From the NCBI RefSeq assembly GCF_000372725.1, contig NW_005202428.1, positions 1,225,331-1,289,330 of the forward strand: 64,000 bases of DNA. The letters run 5' to 3'. Each line of letters opens with the position of its first letter. The first letter of the stretch is position 1. The notes below the pieces were generated by a model that made no database searches, had not been told where the DNA came from, and worked only from the letters and a program-made list of their open reading frames with translations. Origin of the DNA: Emiliania huxleyi CCMP1516. Lineage: Eukaryota. Positions 55,487-64,000 of the stretch are shown here, piece after piece. Made by a program: the position numbers and the translations under genes.

Positions 55487-57541
55487 TCTCTCCTCTCTCT
55501 CTCGGCTCGGCTCGCCCCGCCGCAGCCTCAGCAGCGACCTCCCGACCGCGCCGCGCCTTCTGGCTCCTCCTCCCTCTCCTCCTCCCCTCCCCTCCCCTCC
55601 CCTCCCCTCCCCTCCCCTCCCCTCCCCTCCCCTCCCCTCCCCTCCCCTCCCCTCCCACGGCCGCCGGCCCGCCGCTGCAGGTGCTCGCAAAGCTTCTCCG
55701 CTCCGCCGCCGCCTCCGCCGCACATGACGACGACTCCGGCGCCGATCCGACTCACGCGGTCCTCACGGTGCCTGCCGGCGCCAGCCTCGCCGCGCGCCAG
55801 TCCGTCGCCGACGCGGCGGTGATGGCCGGGCTCGCGGTGCTTGCCGTCGAGAGCGAGGCCGAGATCTAGCCGAGATCTAGCCGAGACCTAGCCGAGATCT
55901 AGCCGAGATCTAGCCGAGATCTAGCCGAGATCTAGCCGAGATCTAGCCGAGACCTAGCCGAGATCTAGCCGAGATCTAGCCGAGATCTAGCCGAGACCTA
56001 GCCGAGATCTAGCCGAGAGTGGCCGAGATTTCCCGTCTTGGGCCGCCGCGTCTAGTCTGCATGCGGCGGCTGCAGTGAGGAGGCGCTGTTCACAGCGCAT
56101 GGCTGTGAGTAGGCCGCCGCGTTGCTCGCCGCGCCGCGGCTGCAGCCTCTTCTCGCGAGGGCGTGCGGAGGCGGCGACGACACGGCGGCGGTCGTGATTT
56201 GGGGCGCGAGCGGGCTTGCGGTGTCCGTGGCGCGGCGGGCCGTCTCCCCCGGAGGCGGGTGGGAGGTCGTGCGTACGGTGACGAGCGAGGGCGTGGGCGT
56301 CACCTCCCTCGAGCGGCGCGGCGGCAGCAGTGCTGCCGCCCCACGCGTGGTGCCTCGCTGCAGCGCCCTCTCGGAGCCTTCGGGTAGGCGCGTGGCGGGG
56401 CTGCTGCTGCGTCAGCTCGAGGAAGAGGAGGAGGTGAGCGGCTGCCTCGGCTCGCCCTTCAACCGCGTTGCGCTCGCCGTCGCATCCGAGGCGCCCCCGG
56501 GCCGCCGCTTTACCGCGCGACGCCGTCGAGAGAGAGAGAGACAGAGGTGCCGCGCGGGTGTAGGCGGTGCTGGCCAAGCTGGCGGAGAGGAGGGCTGCCT
56601 CCCAGATGACGCCTGCCTCCGAGGCGCCGCACGAGCCGGTCCGCCACTCCGTCTCTCTCGCGCGCGAGGACGGGTCGGTGCGCGAGTTTGAGTTGCAGCT
56701 GGCGGCGGGCGAGGGGGAGGAGTTGGCCGAGGAGGCGGCGGAGCAGGCGGCGGGCCTACTGCGCACCGCCCTCGAGGAGGGAGGGGAGGGGGAGGGGGCG
56801 CGCTGCGCTGTCCGCGCGGCGGTGCTCTGCCTCGCGGAGCCGCTCGAGGACGACTTGCTCGGCCTCGCGTGCCTCGTGGAGAGGGAGCTGCGTCAGGTGC
56901 TGCGTCAGGTGCTGCCGCAGCCTGAGGGGCTGCCGGCCGCGGGAACAGAGGCGAGGCCGGGGCCGGCTGCGGAGGGGGCGGCGGCGCTGCTCCGCGCCAC
57001 TGCCGTCGACATCACCTACGGAGCCGCGACGCTCGCCGCGGCGTCGGACCCTCGCGTCGCGCGCACGCTGAGCAAGCAAGGTTGGGCGGCGCCTCAGGAG
57101 CCGCTCGGGCGCGCCGTGGCGCTCGAGCGGCCGGGGGAGGCGCCGACGGTGCTGCTGCCCGCGGGCAGCGCCGTCAACTGCGAGGTCGAGCTCGAGGTGG
57201 GGCGGCCGCCCGGCGGGCAGCTCCTCCGCCTCTTCGAGGTCGGCGACGAGGGGCCGTCCGCCGCGCAAGGCACGCCGGTGCTCGCCGCCCGCTGTGGCGC
57301 GCCGCCGCCGCGCCGTCGGCGCGGCGCTGCGGTGCCGCCCGCGCGCGTCGTCGTCAGCTTCCGGCGCGGCTTGCTGGACGTGGTGGTGGAGGAGCCGGAC
57401 GAGGAGGAGGGACCCTCCGGTGGGGGCTGCTGCCGCTGGTTGTTGCTGCTGCTGCTGCTCGCCTCAAGCCTCGTCGCTGTGGCGCAGCCCGCTCTGATGG
57501 CGGCGCCGCGCGCGGGCGGGGGCAGCTCTGGCGCGGCCTAA
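54740..57541 (+). CDS. Highly divergent Hsp70-like (actin-fold) protein with a C-terminal hydrophobic segment, multi-exon; start uncertain
   Basis: VLLGEAAAAEWSRRPQHTLLRPTRLLGRSY, VAPEEA, VLAKLLRSA, HAVLTVPAGASLAARQSVADAAVMAGLAVLAVESE follow the order of Hsp70 nucleotide-binding-domain motifs; tail CCRWLLLLLLLASSLVAVA. Confidence 0.6.
55396..55503. repeat. (CT)n microsatellite, followed by (CCCCT)n at ~55580-55655, in an intron
   Basis: Direct runs. Confidence 0.95.
55857..56016. repeat. 11-bp tandem repeat (GCCGAGATCTA)n, ~14 copies, intronic
   Basis: Direct repeats, some with the GAGACCTA variant. Confidence 0.95.
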
Positions 57542-57681
57542 GCGTCGTCCTTTCACAGATGAAGAGCTATCCCCGTTCGCGGCAGAGGTTGTACAGAGGA
57601 GTCAGAGGTGTCTCTCCCGAGTCCGACCGATAAGCGTAAGCGATACATTGGTGATGCATATATAGTTCACACAAACCCCAG

Positions 57682-58492
57682 CTACCCGTTGGCTAAGGGC
57701 GACGCGCTCGCCTCGCCGCCCTTGAAAAAGGAGCGATGTTTTCGCTGCCGGCGCAGCCGCCGCTTCATGCTCGGCGACGGCACCGCTGGGTCGCGCGCCC
57801 CCACTGGAGCGGTGGCAAGGTATCTCGCGTAGTCGCGCAGCACTGGCGCGGGCACACCCGACGCCGACGCCTCGCCGGCCGCCTCGGCGGCGGCGTCGAG
57901 CCACAGCGCGAGGCGCTCCGCACCGCGGGCGCGCTGCGCCGTGCTCTCTCCGCCCCCGCCGCCGGAGCGCTCAAAGTCCCACAGAAGCCGCGCGAGCGCT
58001 GCGGAGGCGACGACCTATGCTCAGCTCAGAGGAAGGTCAGCGGCGCTGCGCGGGACAGGGTGCGGTTCCACCGCACGCGATCGTCGCCTGCACCGTCCCC
58101 AGGCTCTTTTGCCTGCGGACGCGTGAGGTGAGACCGCGGTCTGAGGTGAAGACGGTGACGTCGAGGCCGGCGCGGAGCGCCCAGTTTGTGTCGCGCACGA
58201 GCGCGTCGTCGGCGCTCTGCGCGGGGCCAGCGAGCGTGACGGAGAGAAAGTCTCCGAGTGGCCAGCACCGCTGCTCCGTCCCGTGGTCGAGGACGAGCAC
58301 GCACGGCAGCTCCGCCGCTGCGGCCCACCGCGCCAGCTCCGAGGCGAGCGCCTCCTGAGACAGTGCGAACATGGTGGCGCCTCGGAGGTTGTTGCCGTCG
58401 ACGAGGAGCAGCGGCGTGCTCCCGGAGCCGCGGAGGTGAGAGACGAGCGGAGCCACTCCGATCAGCGCGAGCGTCGAGGCCAGCAAACTCAT
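57682..58492 (-). CDS. NYN/PIN-fold (YacP-like) putative ribonuclease, 2 exons
   Basis: LLLVDGNNL, VLVLDHG, SADDAL and VFTSDRGL acidic motifs. A GC-AG intron at 58015-58087 joins in frame to exon 57682-58014. Confidence 0.75.
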
Positions 58493-58758
58493 GCGGAAAT
58501 CTTCGCTCGCAGCGGCACGTCGAGCAGAGCCCCAACGAGTCCCAAATGGGTCCTCGGTTTAGGGTACCCTGCGTGGGCGGCTGCCTCGGATTCCGGCCCC
58601 TCGTTGGGACCGTTCATTTCCTACCCGCTGATCGAGCGCAGCTTGGCGGAAAGAATTCGCGCGCGGACAAAGAGAAAAAAGAAATTTTTGCGCGTGTGCC
58701 TACCGCCCCCCCGGGGCCCACCACCCATCAACACTGTCGGTGAAGCGTGCCCATCACG

Positions 58759-59541
58759 ATGGCGCTCTTTGAATGGCTTGATGACGAGTTGGTTCGGCTC
58801 GTCGTGCGCAGCGTGCCCAGCAGCGCGAGCATACTCTCCTTCGGCTCCACATGCCACCGCTTCAACACCATCTGCAGCGATACGGCAGACGCCCACGTCT
58901 GGTCTGTGCACGCCGAGCGGCTGTCTGTGTCGTTCCAGTGCGGCTGGCAGGAGGCCCCGTACATCGACAGCGACGTGCCCGCAGAATGGGCCGATCCTCG
59001 GCGCACCCCGGCCTGGCGGGGGCAGCAGCCTCACGAGCAATTCACCCGCCTCATCGATTACCGCAAGCGAGTGACGGCCAAGTTTGAGGAGGAGGCCGAC
59101 ACGGGCGCGTGCATCACGAAGCCCTACTTTTGCAGCATGCTCGCCAACAACCATTGCACAGAACACGCAGCCGAAGCCTTCTCCGATGAAGTCATGCGCG
59201 GAGCGCTTTTGTGGTACCTGTGGGATCGATTTGAGAGATGTGGACCTTCCCATTGCGATGTGAACGACACGCTTGTGCGCGGCTGGGCTTCAGTGAGCTG
59301 GGGCGACACGGTCGTGCGAGATTCGATCTTTGACCCCATTCTCGACGCGCTTGGCTATGGGCTCAAAGCTCCGCACGATCCGACGCGCGGCTTTGGACGA
59401 GCATACGAGTTCTTTGGCCAAGCGGGCATGCTGGGCAACGAGCCTTGGCGCCGCGACCCGCGATCCAGTGAGGATGAGTGCGATGAGTCGCTCAGCGGCT
59501 CGGAGGCCGACGGCGAGTACACGGGTGGAGAGGCGGCATAA
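58759..59541 (+). CDS. F-box-like protein, intronless
   Basis: N-terminal LFEWLDDELVRLVVRSVPSSASILSFGSTCHRFNTIC resembles an F-box. Confidence 0.6.
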   Translation: MALFEWLDDELVRLVVRSVPSSASILSFGSTCHRFNTICSDTADAHVWSVHAERLSVSFQCGWQEAPYIDSDVPAEWADPRRTPAWRGQQPHEQFTRLIDYRKRVTAKFEEEADTGACITKPYFCSMLANNHCTEHAAEAFSDEVMRGALLWYLWDRFERCGPSHCDVNDTLVRGWASVSWGDTVVRDSIFDPILDALGYGLKAPHDPTRGFGRAYEFFGQAGMLGNEPWRRDPRSSEDECDESLSGSEADGEYTGGEAA

Positions 59542-59864
59542 CGCCGAATGCGACGCACGCCGCAGCGTCTCGCGCGTGACAATGACCACTGGGCTGGTGC
59601 GATTGGCGTCTCTTCGAACACGGTCTTAAACTAGGGACTGAGGGTACATGTAGGTACGGGGGTGGAGGGCCGCTGTGATCCGCGTGCCGGTCTGCGGGAT
59701 AGCAGCTACGGTCGATGTCGAGGACTGCAATCGACTGCAAGTGTGGGTGGGTGGAGGGGAGGAGGAGTGCGTTCATGAGAGGGACGGTAGTTGTATTGAC
59801 CCCGCACTGTGTCGCGAGCCCGAATTCGCTTGCTGGCCTGCGGCAGGTGTTTGTGTTTACGTCA

Positions 59865-61263
59865 ATGCCGGCCACCGCCGCGGCTCGCGACAGCACGGCT
59901 CCTCGCGCGACGCTGCTCTTCATCCATCCGCCAAAGACCGGCGGCAGCACCATCGGCTCGCTGTTCCAGCCGCGCAGGCGGTTGTACGACGTGCTCGCCC
60001 GGCCAGAGGTCGCCGGCGGCAGCATCCTCTACCACGGAGGTCACCGGTCGTCAGCAGAGCTCGCAGCCAAGTGCGATGTGGAGCAGGAGTGCTGCGCGTG
60101 GCTGATGAGCTTCCGCGAGCCGCTGGCGCGTTTGCGCTCCGCCTTTGCCACCTCTGTCGAGGACCACCAGCACTTCGACTGCCCTCGCGGGAGCCGGCTG
60201 CGCCGCTGGCTGCGCCGCGCCGCCCTCTCGCTCGAGAGGTTTGCGCGCTTCCCGGCGGCCGAGCGGCGCGCGTGCGGCCTCAACGTCTACCTCGACCTGC
60301 TGGCGCCGCCCCTCGGCCGCCGCGACACCGAGGCGGCGCGGCTGCAGCGCGCCTTGGCGCGCGTGGCGCGGCTGCCTCTCGTCGCGCTGACGGAGGAGTT
60401 TTCGCGCTCGCTGGCGCTGCTCGACGCGGCGCTGGACCTGCGGCTGGGGCACTTCCCCGCGGTCTACACCTACAACCCGCGCGACTCACGTGCGGCGGCC
60501 AACCTCTCGGCCCGCGCCGTGCGCCCCTCCCTCCCTGCCGTGTCGTTCTTCCTCCCTCTCCCTCCGCCCTCAGCCTCTCGGCCCGAGGGTACACAGGCGG
60601 AGACCGGGACGGGCCCCGACTGCTCGACCCCTCTCGGCTCAGGCGCGCGCCCTCTCCTCCGACCTGCGGCCAGACAGGCTGCTCTACGAGGCGGCGGTGC
60701 GACGCTTCGCCGCGCTGTGGCGGAGGCAGTTTGGAGGCGAGCCGGCCGACGGCTCGCGCGGCGCGGCAGGCAGCGGGCAGCTCTTTCAGTGCGCGTGGGG
60801 GCGCGCGCGCTGCTGGGACAAGCTGTCGACGAGCCACCAGGGCTGGTCCGAGCCGGCGGCCCCGCGAGGGCAGCGGCGCCTCGGCTCCGAGCCTGCCAAC
60901 CGCTCTTCGGATGCGGCGGACGCCGGCCGCCTCGAGCCAGGCCCCGGGTGGTGGCCGCTGCTGCGCCGGCAGCCTGCCGCCTCGGGCAGCGGCACGGGAG
61001 GCGGGACCGTCCGCACGTGGCCGATCGGCGCGGTGGAGACGTCGAGCTTGTGGCGGCGAGGCAAGCGCAGGGGCAGGCGGCAGCGCCTGCTGTGTGCAGC
61101 GCCGTGCTCCGCCGGCCGGCGGCGCGGAGCAGGCGCCAGCGCCGAGGCGCGAGAGGCAAGGCCGCCGAGGCGGGACGGTGCAGTGGAGAGGAGGGGAGGC
61201 GCTGGGGCTGCCCTCTGCGCTGGCGCCTTGTTGGACGAAGCCGTTGCGGCCGAGGCGCTTTAG
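59865..61263 (+). CDS. Sulfotransferase-family (Sulfotransfer_2-like) protein, probably 2 exons
   Basis: 5'-PSB FIHPPKTGGST, 3'-PB FREPLARLRSAF, LTEEFSRSLALL; second frame DRLLYEAAVRRF. Confidence 0.75.
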
Positions 61264-61593
61264 CGTGCCTGGCTCCTCCAGTCGAGTGGTAAAGAAAGAA
61301 AGAAAACAGACAGCCCAAACGAGGGATGGGACTTGGGAGGAGGAAGGGTGGTCCCCACACGCCACACGCACAGTCGCACACCTGCACGAGCAGGGATTTG
61401 GGGACGATCAGGGGCGCAGGGGGTTCTCCTGGTCCTGACAACGGACAGCGACAGGCAGCGCGGTCCTCCGTGGACCACCAGCTCAGTGCTTTCTTTATTT
61501 CAGGGCGCGGCCGGAAACGACGGGAGGCTTGCATTATTCCCACCTCCACCACCGTCCTCCGCCTCCCGCTGGCTTGAGGCTGAGGCTGGCAAA

Positions 61594-62214
61594 ATGTCGC
61601 TGTTGACTCCCAGCCAGAAGCTGCTGCGTGCACGGCTCATACGCTACGCCGCCCGCGGCGGCGTTCTCTTCACGTGCGCTGCGTGTGCTGTTCGACCTGC
61701 GCTCTCGCCGCTGTACTGCCTCCTGTTCCTGCTCGCGCTCCAGTCTCCGAAGCTGCTCATGACGGCACTCCAGAGCCGCGGCCGCGACGCGAAACGGGCC
61801 CTCGGCACGGTCCTCTGCGTCCTCGGCGCAGTGTGCCTGCTTGTCTGTGCCTACCTCGTCGCCGCCGCCGGCTCCTCAGGAGCGCCGGCCCCGCTGCCGC
61901 CAGAGACGTCTCATCTGGCGGAGGATGCGGCGGCGGAAGCGGCGCGGTTGGTGTCGGGAGCCGCGGAACTTCGCGCGGGACCGGAAGCCTACTGGTTGGA
62001 GGCTCGGAGGAGGGCGGAGCGGCGGCGCGGCGCGGCGCTGCATCACCTGCTCGAGTGGCTGCGGTGGCTCGCGCGCACGGTGCTCGCGGCGCTGTCGCCG
62101 CTGGCGGCGACGATCGCGATGCGTCTCTGCACCGGCCTGCTGCACCGCACCGAGATGCCTAGCTTTGGGCTGCAGTCGCAGGCCGAGTACGAGGAGGAGA
62201 GGCAGTCTAGATGA
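61594..62214 (+). CDS. Hypothetical membrane protein
   Basis: ORF from MSLLTPSQK with 3-4 hydrophobic segments. Confidence 0.5.
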   Translation: MSLLTPSQKLLRARLIRYAARGGVLFTCAACAVRPALSPLYCLLFLLALQSPKLLMTALQSRGRDAKRALGTVLCVLGAVCLLVCAYLVAAAGSSGAPAPLPPETSHLAEDAAAEAARLVSGAAELRAGPEAYWLEARRRAERRRGAALHHLLEWLRWLARTVLAALSPLAATIAMRLCTGLLHRTEMPSFGLQSQAEYEEERQSR

Positions 62215-64000
62215 GTACAGATCCCGCACGGCACTCAAGAGGACGCGTATTCGACTGCATTCATCATAGCCCTTCTCCACGCGATGCCTCCAGTACCACT
62301 TCCAGTACCACGCACGATGCCGCCTTCAGATCTGACTCTGGCGCGCCGCAGGAGCGGGAGCGAGTGACGCAGTCGGCACTCTCCGAGCTGGGCGCCTCGA
62401 TACGGCGGCGCGGCGTGCCGTACGGGCTGTCGGCGCGGGCGAGGGCGCGGCTCGCCGACGTGGCGGACGGCGAGGGGACGGGAGTCACCCGCGCGGAGGC
62501 TTTGCGCTGGGTGAGGCACGCTGCCGTGGACGACGAGCGCACCTTTGAGGGGTGCGGCTTCCGGATCGGAGACGACGGCCGCCGAATCGACGACGACGAC
62601 AACGACGGCGCGGACTCGGACGAGGACCTNNNNNNNNNNNNNNNNNNNNNNNNNNNNNNNNNNNNNNNNNNNNNNNNNNNNNNNNNNNNNNNNNNNNNNN
62701 NNNNNNNNNNNNNNNNNNNNNNNNNNNNNNNNNNNNNNNNNNNNNNNNNNNNNNNNNNNNNNNNNNNNNNNNNNNNNNNNNNNNNNNNNNNNNNNNNNNN
62801 NNNNNNNNNNNNNNNNNNNNNNNNNNNNNNNNNNNNNNNNNNNNNNNNNNNNNNNNNNNNNNNNNNNNNNNNNNNNNNNNNNNNNNNNNNNNNNNNNNNN
62901 NNNNNNNNNNNNNNNNNNNNNNNNNNNNNNNNNNNNNNNNNNNNNNNNNNNNNNNNNNNNNNNNNNNNNNNNNNNNNNNNNNNNNNNNNNNNNNNNNNNN
63001 NNNNNNNNNNNNNNNNNNNNNNNNNNNNNNNNNNNNNNNNNNNNNNNNNNNNNNNNNNNNNNNNNNNNNNNNNNNNNNNNNNNNNNNNNNNNNNNNNNNN
63101 NNNNNNNNNNNNNNNNNNNNNNNNNNNNNNNNNNNNNNNNNNNNNNNNNNNNNNNNNNNNNNNNNNNNNNNNNNNNNNNNNNNNNNNNNNNNNCGCCGTT
63201 CCGGGGGGCAGATTAGGGGGGAAGCCGGGGGCCCAGGGGGGAGGGAAATTTGGGGGCCCCTTCCCCCCCCCCCCCCCCCCCGCCCCGCCCCGCCGCCGCC
63301 CTTTCCCCGCCGCGGTCTCCGCCCCCCCACCTATCGGACATCCCCCCAGGCAGCGAGCCCGGAGACGACGCCGCGACGTGGGCAAACCTGCTGCTGGTTC
63401 GACGAGTGGCGACTCGCGTGCGGGACGTGACCGCGAGGCGGCGAGCGCTGCTGCCGGCGCTGCAGGTCCGCCGGGGCCGCCCAACAGCTGCCCAACAGCG
63501 AGACGCGCGAGGATGCCCTCGCCTCGTGCTCCTGCCCGGGGAGACCGGCCCACCCTTCAAACCGCGAGCGACCTCCGCGCTGCTCCTTGCCTTGCCCCGC
63601 AGGCGGTGTCGGAGGCGCTCGAGGCCATGTGGGCGCTGGTGCTGCCCGGCATATAGCTTGTGCTGCGTAGCTCTGGCCGGCTCGCTACGAGTGACTACGC
63701 GTCGGGTGACCGGGGCCCCGCGTTCTCTCGGCGAACGCGGAACGGGCGGCGTATCGGTCCGGCTGCGACTTGCGTCGATCGCCCTCGCGCGCAGGGCGAA
63801 AACCGAAAAGCCCGAACATCCAAGAGCAGGACGAGGAAGAGAAGTCACAGAAGAGAAGTGATCTATTATCGGGTTAATAGAAGGCGGTATCCGGTGTGTA
63901 TGACTCTATACTGAAAATACCGCCACGCCACAGCACACACACACACACCCGCCACGCGGTCACGATGGTACTGCGACGGTGTATCATTCACTTTATGCCA

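Noticed and set aside
62211..63656. 481-aa ORF spanning the gap
   Set aside because: It is an artefact of reading through Ns, and the post-gap sequence looks low quality. A gene may exist but cannot be called.
1..64000. tRNA, rRNA or snRNA genes
   Set aside because: None recognised by eye; tRNAscan-SE and Infernal would be needed to exclude them.

Overview
This is very GC-rich, intron-containing eukaryotic draft-assembly sequence with three N gaps. Many GC-AG introns, intronic 10-13-bp tandem repeats and TTAGGG tracts fit a haptophyte such as Emiliania (Gephyrocapsa) huxleyi; the species is inferred, not proven. Recognisable genes are SF3B1, a DDX3/Ded1-like DEAD-box helicase, NudC, an NSD/ASH1-like SET methyltransferase, a DUR3 urea transporter (plus a duplicate of its last exon), HIRA, TRAPPC5, an RCC1-repeat protein, a GST, an NYN/PIN protein, an F-box protein and a sulfotransferase. 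Four genes have unusual architectures: a cyclin box fused to a response-regulator receiver domain; an apparently inactive aldo-keto reductase fused to a transglutaminase-like domain; a secreted metalloprotease with FnII and Lys/Cys repeats; and a degenerate Hsp70 with a C-terminal hydrophobic tail. Mobile DNA includes a 2.1-kb hAT-type element (12-bp TIR, 8-bp TSD) carrying telomeric repeats and a 180-bp satellite, two other TIR elements, a truncated RLE-type (CRE/R2-like) retrotransposon, and several dispersed repeats. The strongest unexplained pattern is that many ~70-nt introns begin with a diverged copy of the start of the next exon, which suggests a duplication- or TSD-based route of intron gain. 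All calls were made by eye; exon boundaries not stated explicitly are approximate.
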